A stretch of 64,000 nucleotides of DNA from IMG/VR virus record IMGVR_UViG_3300018875_000003, positions 52,981 to 116,980 of that record. One strand, written 5' to 3'. The DNA comes from a virus. This document shows positions 1 through 8,857 of this stretch, in pieces. Position numbers and translations under genes: made by a program. Every line of letters starts with the position of its first letter. The first letter of the stretch is position 1. The notes beneath the pieces were generated by a model. That model made no database searches. It saw only the letters and a program-made list of their open reading frames with translations, and had not been told where the DNA came from.

Positions 1-120
1 GTGGGCCATGCTAACCCACGATGCAATCCAGGACGCGCATATACCAGTCAGCCAGTTTGAGGAGAGGCTGTCGTCATCTGCCCAGTCGTTCGAGTCTGTG
101 GTATCGTTCGACTTGAGTTC

Positions 121-149
121 ATTCTACACTAAAATGTAACGCGTTACAA
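121..149 (-). promoter_or_regulatory. sigA-type promoter overlapped by the 14-bp palindromic operator
   Basis: Minus strand TTGTAA-17 nt-TAGAAT; perfect TGTAACGCGTTACA at 135-148 covers the -35. Confidence 0.6.
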
Positions 150-304
150 TACCAAACTAGAATTTTCTTTTTCTCTTTTTACTTTTGTCTTCGTATCGCT
201 GATCCTGGACGTATTTATCGTCTACAATGACCGCCTTGGCTGTCTGGAATACGTGAGGCGCTGTCATGGATACAATGACCAGCAGCATCGCTGCCAGAGC
301 CCCT

Positions 305-1054
305 TTATTCCGGCGTGTAATCCGGCGTTTGGTAAGTAGCATACATTTCCCTCCTTCTCCTGTTAGATGCGTGCCTGCGGGCTTCTGAGAGGTCGCAGGT
401 GTACTCCATGTGGAACCGCTCTTCACTCATGCCGTAATTATCATCGCTGTATTCCTTTTTCGTTGGATGAGGAATAATGAAAGGCTGGACACATCCGTCT
501 CCGAATGCTGGCTTGAGCTTATTGTCCATGAATTTCTTAAACGCGTTATCCATCACGGTTGAATAGCTCGAAACCATGATGACTTGTGCATAGGTCATCA
601 GCTGCTCCAGCCATCCAGAATCAATAACAAAGCTGTCTGCGTCATCGAAGAGGACGAGATCGTTTTGGTATCCGTCTGGCCGGTGCGCCTGCGGATCTGT
701 TGCGAATATAACGGTGCGCTGTCTGTGCCGCGGCCCGATCGTAATCAGTGTTGCACGGCTTCGGTAATATTCCACACCACGTTCGCGCAGCATGCGCTCA
801 AACGCATTCTGGTGATAATGCAGCTGCTGGTTGAATCGGCAGAAGAACGTCACGTCCTTGCTGGATGCCAGCGCCTTCTCATACAGCGTATAGCTCTTCC
901 CTGCTCCCCTGTGTGCGACAGCGGCGATATGCTCTGCTGTGGACTCATGGAACTGCTGCCACGCCTGGTCTCGATCAGATGCGTCCACGACGATAGTTTG
1001 GACGGTTTCCTTTACTGGAACGATTCGATCCAAATATTCCTTTAACAGCTCCAT
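305..1054 (-). CDS. P-loop ATPase resembling the terminase large-subunit ATPase domain (no nuclease domain)
   Basis: AHRGAGKS Walker A, LVLFDDAD Walker B, ERFHMEYTC like the terminase F.qEY.c motif; RBS AAGGGAG. Confidence 0.55.
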   Translation of the reverse strand: MELLKEYLDRIVPVKETVQTIVVDASDRDQAWQQFHESTAEHIAAVAHRGAGKSYTLYEKALASSKDVTFFCRFNQQLHYHQNAFERMLRERGVEYYRSRATLITIGPRHRQRTVIFATDPQAHRPDGYQNDLVLFDDADSFVIDSGWLEQLMTYAQVIMVSSYSTVMDNAFKKFMDNKLKPAFGDGCVQPFIIPHPTKKEYSDDNYGMSEERFHMEYTCDLSEARRHASNRRRREMYATYQTPDYTPE

Positions 1055-1292
1055 GCGGCGTGACTCCCTTCGGCAGAATTTCCTCGAAGCGGGTGAAGGT
1101 CTCGCCTTCGTACTCTACTTCGTTGTGCCACTCCACCAGTGGTCGATGGTATTTCTGGTCTGGCTGATCCTCGTTGTAGTACCAGATCGACTTGCCGTCG
1201 TCGTGCCGGCTGGCATCGATTCCGATGTCTGCGATCACGTAGATGCCGCCTTTATAATGCTGCCAGCGGCTTCCGATTTTTGGGGTACGCAT
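975..1292 (-). CDS. DUF1653-like protein
   Basis: RWQHYKGGIY...YHRPL...RFE pattern; RBS AGGAGG. Confidence 0.6.
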   Translation of the reverse strand: MRTPKIGSRWQHYKGGIYVIADIGIDASRHDDGKSIWYYNEDQPDQKYHRPLVEWHNEVEYEGETFTRFEEILPKGVTPHGAVKGIFGSNRSSKGNRPNYRRGRI

Positions 1293-1332
1293 AACCCATT
1301 GCCTCCTATTTGAGCCGAAGGCTCAAAGTTTT

Positions 1333-1509
1333 TTATGCTCCTAACTCCAGCGAGATATTGATGCGATCGATCGGTTGGTGCTTGATAACGTGCAGCTCGA
1401 TGGCTTCTTCCCCGATATACATGACGATACGGTCGTTTTCTGACACGATCGATTCAATGTCGTCCATATGCGCGTCCAGCGCGTTGCGGATTCTGTCTGT
1501 GATATTCAT
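1333..1509 (-). CDS. small hypothetical protein (58 aa)
   Basis: ATG with AAGGAG RBS; fills the gap in the leftward operon. Confidence 0.6.
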   Translation of the reverse strand: MNITDRIRNALDAHMDDIESIVSENDRIVMYIGEEAIELHVIKHQPIDRINISLELGA

Positions 1510-1514
1510 TTTGT

Positions 1515-1898
1515 TTAATTCTCCTTAATGACATGCCATTCTTGCGAATGCAGGTCTCCGTCTGTGAGTCGGTATGGTCTCCACTCTTCATCGTCATGCG
1601 TTCTACCTACGACAGCGCCGAGCTCCATTTTGAGATAGACATCTGAACCATCTCTTCTGGTGACAACGTGTCCAGACTTCATCATCACGATTGCGATGCT
1701 CACGTCAAACTTATGGACATACTCGAAGTCCATGTATTCTGCTGGGACGAAGATGATGGGCTTTCCTGCCCCGTATCTGTCCCTCCATGCTTTCCCGATC
1801 TCTACGAGCAGTTCCACCTTGACGTCTTGTTCGACTTTGCAGATATGCACGCCGCCGATGTTTTGAACCTTATCCAGATACTGCTGTAACAGCTCCAT
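1515..1898 (-). CDS. protein with C-terminal DUF2829/Tad2-like domain
   Basis: AIVMMKSGHVVTR...PYRLTDGDLHSQEWHVI resembles the A..alk.G..V.R...w.p...D.la.DW..v pattern. Confidence 0.5.
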   Translation of the reverse strand: MELLQQYLDKVQNIGGVHICKVEQDVKVELLVEIGKAWRDRYGAGKPIIFVPAEYMDFEYVHKFDVSIAIVMMKSGHVVTRRDGSDVYLKMELGAVVGRTHDDEEWRPYRLTDGDLHSQEWHVIKEN

Positions 1899-1905
1899 TT
1901 TCTCT

Positions 1906-2211
1906 TTACCTCTCTATTCTGTATAACTGCTCGTATAATTCTAACGGACGCAGTAGAACGGACTGGAATCTCTGCATGATTCTCCCCTTGTATACTTCCA
2001 TACATTTTCCCGTGTGAAGCTCAAGGTCGTTGAAGCAGTAGACCAGCTTTTCTCCTGTAGTAGCTTTACTGCATCTGATCTCAAATCTGCCATTTTCACT
2101 CAACGCAACTTCGCCTGGCTGAATGTAGTGGATCGTATCCGCGAGGTGCATCGATCGCTTTTGCCTGTCGTATTCCCTATTTTTTTCTGAATAGGCCTTC
2201 ATCAATTCCAT
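1906..2211 (-). CDS. hypothetical protein
   Basis: Operon packing; starts MELMKAY. Confidence 0.65.
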   Translation of the reverse strand: MELMKAYSEKNREYDRQKRSMHLADTIHYIQPGEVALSENGRFEIRCSKATTGEKLVYCFNDLELHTGKCMEVYKGRIMQRFQSVLLRPLELYEQLYRIER

Positions 2212-2576
2212 TAGGCACCTGCCCTCTTGATGGTGCGCGGCTTACGCTTGGCACGGCAGCTGCTACATTGTTCGTAAGGCCCATCGTTCGGTGTGCCGCA
2301 GGCTACGCATTTCCCTGCTTCCAGGCGGCGTCTACGCTTGTCTGCCTGGTAGTGCTTCATACAGAAGCCTTTCGACTTATGCGGCAGCCCGCAGCCTTCT
2401 ACGGTGCATACGATGTATTCGTGTATCGGTCTTCCTGTGGAAGCCAGTGCAATGCTCGCATCGTTATGCCGCATGTATCGTCTGTAATGCTTCCAGCAGT
2501 ATCCTCTGGCCACGACTCTCGAATCGCAGTCGTCCATCTTGCAGATCGGGTTGATTGCCGGCTTTTCCTTTTTCAT
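2211..2576 (-). CDS. Cys/His-rich zinc-binding phage protein
   Basis: Two C..xxC...arG.C.kHY repeats plus a CxxC..CxxC ribbon. Confidence 0.65.
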   Translation of the reverse strand: MKKEKPAINPICKMDDCDSRVVARGYCWKHYRRYMRHNDASIALASTGRPIHEYIVCTVEGCGLPHKSKGFCMKHYQADKRRRRLEAGKCVACGTPNDGPYEQCSSCRAKRKPRTIKRAGA

Positions 2577-2740
2577 TTTTTTATTACATGAATCTTCTGA
2601 ACCTGGGCGTAGTCTCCTTCAGTGTCGATGATCGTCGCTTCGATCAGAGCTGCCGATGGATACGCTTGGCCTGCCGGTACGCTGTCGATTTTCTTCCCGC
2701 CTGTTTTATATACGTCAATGATGAATGCTTCTGCCAACAT
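2573..2740 (-). CDS. small hypothetical protein (55 aa)
   Basis: MLAEAFIIDV...; ATGA overlap with the next gene; first gene after the promoter. Confidence 0.5.
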   Translation of the reverse strand: MLAEAFIIDVYKTGGKKIDSVPAGQAYPSAALIEATIIDTEGDYAQVQKIHVIKK

Positions 2741-2783
2741 GATTGATCAATCCTTTATTTTTTATTTACTTCCGTATTCTCAG

Positions 2784-2812
2784 ATTGTAACGCGTTACAA
2801 AGTAGTTGACAA
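2784..2812 (-). promoter_or_regulatory. sigA promoter of the leftward operon with overlapping operator
   Basis: TTGTCA-17 nt-TACAAT on the minus strand; perfect palindrome at 2786-2799. Confidence 0.7.
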
Positions 2813-2981
2813 CAAGTAATTTTCCTATAGGGGGCATTTTCTACAAAAAAATTTTTCGGAGGGTACCTAGTTGTTTATTGTTGGTGAGTGGTAGCGTTCG
2901 GCGCCCCACCCCCTTCAATAGACAACACACATTTGGGTTGGCAGTGATCCCATCAAACTGCACAAACGAAAGGAGTCTATC

Positions 2982-3524
2982 ATGACTACACAAGCATTCA
3001 GCAAGAAAGGTCTTAACATTCTTCAAGGAGCAAGCATCCAAGGCGCACGCTTACTGGGTCAAACAGTACGTGGCATGGATAAGGTAGCTGCTGTGGTTGC
3101 CCCTGTATTGGGTACGGCATGGAGCGTTATTAAGAAGGTAGGCATCGCTGTATACGATATGGTACGTGATGACATCGTTCAGTTGGCAGGCTTTGTACGT
3201 GAGCACAAATGGCAGACAGGTGTAACAGTAGCCTCTGCTGTGGTAGGTGGCATGGCTACCTCCACTATGGTAGGGGCTTCTATACTGGCTGCTATCCTGG
3301 CTATGACTACCATTGTCACTGTACACTACCTGATTGCGAAGCGTAAGAAGCAAGCTATGGACTGGCGTACAACCATTGCAGCAGCGCTTCTTTCTGGAGC
3401 ATGGGCGTTTACTATTCCATTCGCTGTATTCACCCTGCTTGCAACGCTTATCTTTGGTGCATTCTTCGTATTCAAAGGTATGCTGCTTGTATTCGTACAA
3501 GTAGCTGCCCTGTTCGTGATCTAA
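2982..3524 (+). CDS. membrane protein
   Basis: RBS AAGGAG; several hydrophobic segments in the C-terminal half. Confidence 0.75.
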   Translation: MTTQAFSKKGLNILQGASIQGARLLGQTVRGMDKVAAVVAPVLGTAWSVIKKVGIAVYDMVRDDIVQLAGFVREHKWQTGVTVASAVVGGMATSTMVGASILAAILAMTTIVTVHYLIAKRKKQAMDWRTTIAAALLSGAWAFTIPFAVFTLLATLIFGAFFVFKGMLLVFVQVAALFVI

Positions 3525-3532
3525 TAGGTCAT

Positions 3533-3853
3533 GGACATGGCATGGCATAGGTATATAGGGAGTACACGATAACGGTGGATGATCCCCTCTATAGGCTATG
3601 CCCTCTATCTATGTCCTGCATGGTGACATAGGTAGCAGTACTGTATCATGCTATGCCTTGTATGTGGGCATATGGGCGTGTAGGTGCGCTTACTCATATA
3701 CACCCCCTGCATAGTACGTATTGGTTAAGGGTCAGCCGCCCCCATACGTAGTGTGCAGGGGTTTTCTTTTATTTACTTATAGCTCCCTGTATAGGTGGCC
3801 TATATAGACCCCCTCTATATGGCACCCCCTATATAGGGAGCTGTATGTAAGTA
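3533..3853. other. block of consecutive long imperfect inverted repeats
   Basis: Hairpins at ~3533-3616, ~3704-3761 (followed by a T-run) and ~3774-3853 (AGCTCCCTGTATAGG / CCTATATAGGGAGCT). Confidence 0.6.
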
Positions 3854-3882
3854 CAGCAAATACACTACTGGAGGTTTTCTGT

Positions 3883-4056
3883 ATGACAAAGCAACTCTTA
3901 TTAAGCAAAGGTGAACACCTGGGCTTCTGCCCAATGAAAGGCGATCTGTATTCGGTAGAATCGGGCCTTTCTATTTTCGGTAAGCCGCAATACCGCATTT
4001 ATTCCCTGAAAGGAGATTCCATCAGTGAACTCATCTCATTCCAAGTCATCCGCTAA
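3883..4056 (+). CDS. small hypothetical protein (57 aa)
   Basis: GGAGG RBS, ATG at 3883, open to TAA at 4056. Confidence 0.6.
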   Translation: MTKQLLLSKGEHLGFCPMKGDLYSVESGLSIFGKPQYRIYSLKGDSISELISFQVIR

Positions 4057-4126
4057 TCTGTCGTCCCGTCTGTCGTCCGCCGCTCTGTCCAACCAAACTA
4101 AAACTAACCAAAAGGGGTTTTCCACA

Positions 4127-7100
4127 ATGACAACTACTAACAACAACAAACAAGCTCAAATCAACAAGCAACTGGCTCAAGTTAATCGTCTGTTCAACCA
4201 AGCTGTAAAAGGCAACAAAGTGAAAGCTGAAATGTCCGAACTCAAGTCTGCTTCTGTAATCCTCGATGCGATCGCTACATTCCCAGGACTGGGCGTGAAA
4301 ACGAAGAACTATGAAGCGATCACAGCAGCTATGGCAGAAGGACACAGCCTGCGCAGCATCATGCTTAATCCGGAGCTGACCGGCGTAGCGAAGAACCAAT
4401 ACCGTTACTTCCGTGCATTCATGGATGCTAAAGGTGACGACATCCCTGAGATGGTTATGGCTCCGACTCGTAAACGTGTACGTACTGTATCGGTCGATCT
4501 GCTGAAGCACTCCCGCAACGAAGCTGGTGAAGTGGTGCTCAACGCGGAGGTTAACTTCCAATCTCAGTCTCAGCTGGCTGATGCGTTTGGCTCCCTTGCT
4601 GCCGACGACAAGAGCGATCTGTACTTGGATATGGCTCACGTTGTTTACATCGACCTCAACATCGCTGATCAAGAGAATCAGGAATTGAAAGACTTGCAGG
4701 TCGAGGTTGTACGCAACGGATTCTACTACAGTGTGGATGGCGTTACACACAAAGCCAACTTCTTCATTCAGACAGCATCCCAGGCTCGTCAGCTGCAAGG
4801 TATCTACATTGCCGAAGACTTCATGACGATCCCGCAAGCATTCAAGAAGCTGGGTCATGACTTCCTCGCTTACTGCAAACTGAGCAAAGATGGCATCTAT
4901 ACACTTGACATCACGAAGTATCTGAAACGTCCAGGTCTGTCTGGTACAAGCTCGGTATCTTCGAAAGCAATCACATTCCCGAATGCTCGTATCAGCAAGC
5001 TGGCTAATATGACTACTGGTGAATACCTGGTTGAATCCGATCGTCACACGATGGCGGTTATCGAGGATCGCTTTGCAAAGATCACCAATGGCACATTCAA
5101 AGCATTCTACAACAACCGTGTGGTAACTGTGTCTGCTGTTGATGGTGTATTCACCGCTCAATGGAAAGATGGCCGTCTGACTAAACAAGAAGTGCTGCCT
5201 ATGAACTACCTGAAGCTGGGTGTAGGCGATGGCTTGGTTCTGGCATCCGAGTCGATCTACTGGGCACTCAAAGCCGAGCATGGCAATGACTCTGACGCAT
5301 GGCAAGTACGTATCACCCCATTCGTTAAAGGTCTGATGGTATTCGTCCCTGGCCTGCGCAAGTATTATGATGCAGACATCGTTGCATTCAAATCCGCTGT
5401 GAAAGGTGACTTCCGCCTGATCGCTGACGAAGAAGGACGCTTGGACTTTAACATCGAGCTGCGTATTGCTCGCTTTGCTAAACGTCCAGGTAAGAAAGCG
5501 GAGTATGTAGAGCTGCCGTATCAGTTCGCTCACGTATCCAGCATCACTGCAGAGCAAATGATCAATGTAGCTGCTCCACGTCTGGAGGAAGCAAGAAACG
5601 TACTGTCCAACCCTGCACTGATCCAGAAGTATACTGGCGTGGCTCACCTCGAAGACCTGAGCAAGCTGACGACTGCGGAAGCTGAGTTTATGCGTGATCG
5701 TTCCCTTGTATCCGTATTTGCTAACTTCATGCACTATGCCCCATTCACGTATGAGGATGCTTACATGCAAACACGCGCTCTGCAACTGATGGGACAGCAA
5801 GTAGACAAATGGGTTGCTGGTACAATCCCTGTAGAAGGCGAGTATCGCTTCATGGTTCAGGATCCGTATGCTCTGCTGCAAGCTGTGGCTGACGAAGATG
5901 GTGATATGATTGTTCCCGCTTCCGTTGGTCTGCGTCCGCATCAAACATTCATGACTGCACGCGATAACAAACACTTTGTGACTGGACCGGTTGCTTCCTT
6001 CCGTAACCCAGCGATCGCTAAAGGTGAAGGCCGCGTACTGAAAGGTGCTGCTCCGGAGAACTATGTAACCGCATCTGCGAAAGGCGCATTCAACTCGGTC
6101 TGCATCATGAGCTGCCACGATCTGGACACGTTCGCTGAAGGCGGCGCGGATAACGATGGTGACGAAACATTCGTAACGCAAGTGCCTGAGATCGTAAACA
6201 GCATCATGGGCAAAGATGGCGAATCCAAGTTCCTGGCTATGCTTGACCTGCATGTAGGCAAAGATGGTGAGTGGGCTTCCGGTTGCCCGTTCCCTATGGA
6301 ATCCGATGAGAAGCTGACATTCGGTGCAGCATGCGTGGATCACGATGGACAATTCAAAGTGAAGTTCACTGCTGATCAATACGATGATGCTTTCATCCAA
6401 GCTGTGCATGAGCTGAGTAAAGAGTATGTCATCCGCACGCTGAACCCGAACAAGATCGGACAGCAAACAAACATCGCTACACGTCTGGCGGATGCTGTGC
6501 GTAAGGTTGGCTATATGTATGCTGAGGGTGTAGACGAGTTCGGTCAAGCTGTCGATCGTACCGAAGCAGAGAAACAAGATCTGCTGCATGAGATTGTACG
6601 CATGGAAGAAATGATCGATCTGGTTCGTCTGACACAAGGATGGGAGATTGACCGTGCGAAGCATGGCGGTGCATACGAAGAAGCACTGGCTGCCGAGCTT
6701 AACTTCATCAACAACCCACCGAAGTATGCTGGCTTCCAGGAGAATCCGAAAGCGAAACGCGTATGGATCAAGCAAGCATGGTTGTCTCACCACAAAGGCA
6801 CTGAAGGTGGAATCGATACAGGTTCTGTAATGAGCCGCGTACACAACCACATGAAAGCATTCGTACAGGAGAATGTAATCGACAAGTCTGAGGAAATCAA
6901 GAACGATGTCGAGAACAACAACATCATCCATGTACTGAGAAGCGAATATGCTATCGATGCTAACAAGTATGAGGCTTTGGCTGCTGTGATCCGCTCGATC
7001 CGTGCATCCTACACTGCCGACCTGATGAATGCCCGCAATAAGAATGCAGAGTTCAACAAGCTGGCTGAAATCAAATACAACGGCAACGACCACGCTATTC

Positions 7101-7687
7101 GTATGGCGAAAGCTAAGATCGAACGTATCTATAGCGAAGATTGCGATGCGATCACATTCAAGCACCAGGCTGCACTCGCTGCACTGGAATTGTCTTACTC
7201 TGCTACAGATATCGGCTATGTATCCTATATGGTGACATATACGGAGCGTGGTAAAGATGGCAACCGCTCGATCAGCTTCCCTTGGGTTGTGGCTAAGAAA
7301 CAATTCCTGGAGCTGTGCGCGAAGATTGCTAATCGCGAGATCGTGAAGAATCCTTATCTGGTTCCCGCTTCTGAAATCAAAGCAAACTTCCGTATTGCAG
7401 AAGATCCACGCAGCACAGAAGGCAAACACTATGATGGTATGAAGATGGCTGAGGTTATCAAGCAAGCTGGTTCAATCGAGGTTATGTATACGCTGAACGA
7501 GGTAACTGGTGTGTATGGTTACGTGGCATTCGTGCCTGTAGGCAGCAGACTGGTATATGTCGGAGATTTCTATCAGGATCAGGTTGCATTCATGACCGGA
7601 GCTACCCACTTCGAACTGAATGTATCCAATGCAGAAGCAAAAGGACAAGCCATGACCCTGACAGTCTCCAGCGTAGGTCGTAAATAA
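4127..7687 (+). CDS. single-subunit two-barrel RNA polymerase (YonO / eukaryotic RdRP-like family)
   Basis: Ordered motifs GDGLVLAS, WQVRITPFVKG, FRNPAIAKGE and catalytic GGADNDGD (6140-6163); RBS AAAGGGG before ATG 4127. Confidence 0.85.
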   Translation: MTTTNNNKQAQINKQLAQVNRLFNQAVKGNKVKAEMSELKSASVILDAIATFPGLGVKTKNYEAITAAMAEGHSLRSIMLNPELTGVAKNQYRYFRAFMDAKGDDIPEMVMAPTRKRVRTVSVDLLKHSRNEAGEVVLNAEVNFQSQSQLADAFGSLAADDKSDLYLDMAHVVYIDLNIADQENQELKDLQVEVVRNGFYYSVDGVTHKANFFIQTASQARQLQGIYIAEDFMTIPQAFKKLGHDFLAYCKLSKDGIYTLDITKYLKRPGLSGTSSVSSKAITFPNARISKLANMTTGEYLVESDRHTMAVIEDRFAKITNGTFKAFYNNRVVTVSAVDGVFTAQWKDGRLTKQEVLPMNYLKLGVGDGLVLASESIYWALKAEHGNDSDAWQVRITPFVKGLMVFVPGLRKYYDADIVAFKSAVKGDFRLIADEEGRLDFNIELRIARFAKRPGKKAEYVELPYQFAHVSSITAEQMINVAAPRLEEARNVLSNPALIQKYTGVAHLEDLSKLTTAEAEFMRDRSLVSVFANFMHYAPFTYEDAYMQTRALQLMGQQVDKWVAGTIPVEGEYRFMVQDPYALLQAVADEDGDMIVPASVGLRPHQTFMTARDNKHFVTGPVASFRNPAIAKGEGRVLKGAAPENYVTASAKGAFNSVCIMSCHDLDTFAEGGADNDGDETFVTQVPEIVNSIMGKDGESKFLAMLDLHVGKDGEWASGCPFPMESDEKLTFGAACVDHDGQFKVKFTADQYDDAFIQAVHELSKEYVIRTLNPNKIGQQTNIATRLADAVRKVGYMYAEGVDEFGQAVDRTEAEKQDLLHEIVRMEEMIDLVRLTQGWEIDRAKHGGAYEEALAAELNFINNPPKYAGFQENPKAKRVWIKQAWLSHHKGTEGGIDTGSVMSRVHNHMKAFVQENVIDKSEEIKNDVENNNIIHVLRSEYAIDANKYEALAAVIRSIRASYTADLMNARNKNAEFNKLAEIKYNGNDHAIRMAKAKIERIYSEDCDAITFKHQAALAALELSYSATDIGYVSYMVTYTERGKDGNRSISFPWVVAKKQFLELCAKIANREIVKNPYLVPASEIKANFRIAEDPRSTEGKHYDGMKMAEVIKQAGSIEVMYTLNEVTGVYGYVAFVPVGSRLVYVGDFYQDQVAFMTGATHFELNVSNAEAKGQAMTLTVSSVGRK

Positions 7688-7710
7688 CACGAAGCACTCA
7701 TGAGATTTAC

Positions 7711-7743
7711 TGCAGTCGGTGTGTTCTCAGCACATCGACTGCA
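7711..7743 (+). terminator. strong hairpin after the RNAP gene (weak U-tract)
   Basis: TGCAGTCGGTGTGT / GCACATCGACTGCA. Confidence 0.4.
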
Positions 7744-7752
7744 CCCTTATTA

Positions 7753-8085
7753 TAGCACACCCTTCGGGTAGGTGCTAATGCTATCGACAGACGCCTGCAT
7801 GCTGCCCTGTGACGCCCTGCTCCTCTCGCATGACGAATCCTTCGACCGACAAGAAGGAAGCGGCAGACGAGACGACAGGCGGCTTATAGGACGCGTTCTT
7901 ATGCAGCGGCTTATATATAGGCAAACTTACGGCAACTCAGCTCGACGGCTGAATCATACGATTATTGCGACCGGTGTGTGAGGGAGCTGCTTCGCACCAC
8001 GATCGTTGCTGTTATTCGTAAGCTGAAATATAGCCTGTTTTCCTATATAGTCGATGGCATCATCACCTACCCGAAGGGTGTGCTA
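7753..8085 (+). ncRNA. candidate ~330-nt structured RNA or ssDNA element closed by a 36-bp inverted repeat
   Basis: 7753-7774 is the exact reverse complement of 8064-8085 and pairing extends imperfectly to 36 bp; further internal stems. Confidence 0.45.
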
Positions 8086-8133
8086 TTCCTGGGCGTATGC
8101 GTATTTTGCGTATGTTGCTATATGTGTGTGATC

Positions 8134-8195
8134 GATATCATATATCGTATTTCATACGTTGTATGCTCATTTCATATTTCGTATATCATATGCTA
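8134..8195. repeat. heptad array 1 (TATWTCR and inverse), parS-like
   Basis: GATATCA TATATCG TATTTCA TACGTTG ... TATTTCG TATATCA. Confidence 0.6.
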
Positions 8196-8297
8196 TCGAA
8201 AGAGGTGAACCCACATCCGAAAATTTCTTGCTACTTGAGTATGATTTCATATAGCCTATATAGGTATCTTATGATGAAATAGGATGCTGTAGACGAA

Positions 8298-8326
8298 GGT
8301 CGCTAACGCTCCTGTGGCTTTGTGAA
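8298..8326 (+). promoter_or_regulatory. CTRACG-N7/8-GGCTWNNYGAW motif copy 1
   Basis: GGTCG CTAACG CTCCTGT GGCTT TG TGAA. Confidence 0.6.
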
Positions 8327-8412
8327 TGTGTGTCTTATGAGTATGGCTATATGCTAATCGGACATACGCGAATGACGATAGATATACTATGACTATATAG
8401 GGAGATGTATAT

Positions 8413-8709
8413 ATGAGTTATCCTGATTGGCAACCTAAGTTTGATTTCAATGACGATCTTGTTTGTATAGAGAGATACTTCGATAATGAGAATGTCGATG
8501 ATCTGGCTCCATCTATAGAGATGGTTGTTGGTAAAGGTATTACTCTAACGTTGATTCCTTCAGCTTTATTCCCTGCATATAGGGTGAACAATGCACAAGG
8601 TGAATGTATTGGTCATATTAGTCGTGAGACATCTCTTTATCTTGTTACTCTATATCCTCGTGCTATGAGTGATGGACAGATTAAGTATCTTCGTTCATTG
8701 CGTAAATAG
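8413..8709 (+). CDS. hypothetical protein
   Basis: RBS GGGAGA; 98-aa ORF. Confidence 0.65.
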   Translation: MSYPDWQPKFDFNDDLVCIERYFDNENVDDLAPSIEMVVGKGITLTLIPSALFPAYRVNNAQGECIGHISRETSLYLVTLYPRAMSDGQIKYLRSLRK

Positions 8710-8857
8710 CATATATGATGATGGCTATATAGGTTGTTTATGCTATATAGACTTTATATCGTTAGATATATGATTAATAGGATGGCGCTTTGCCTTTTTT
8801 TCTTTTGCCAATCCTTTGGATCGGCGCTAAAACACTATGCAATGGGGGTTCCATCAC

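Noticed and set aside
135-148. Palindrome as a CcpA cre site
   Set aside because: Centre is AC-GC-GT rather than the cre AR-CG-YT arrangement
3704-3761. Hairpin as a twister-sister or pistol ribozyme
   Set aside because: Required conserved core nucleotides and pseudoknot were not found
4025-4126. GTG start extending the RNAP to 1220 aa
   Set aside because: Overlaps the RBS-supported ORF 3883-4056 and encodes a Ser-rich low-complexity stretch; ATG 4127 has its own RBS
4046-7465. 1139-aa antisense ORF
   Set aside because: Mirror of the codon-biased RNAP gene; no RBS and no recognisable motifs
4127-7687. Calling the polymerase a true RNA-dependent RNA polymerase
   Set aside because: The characterised phage homologue YonO is DNA-dependent; template preference cannot be read from sequence
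7772-8282. Short + strand ORFs after the RNAP gene
   Set aside because: No credible RBS; they overlap the inverted repeat and heptad array and have implausible composition
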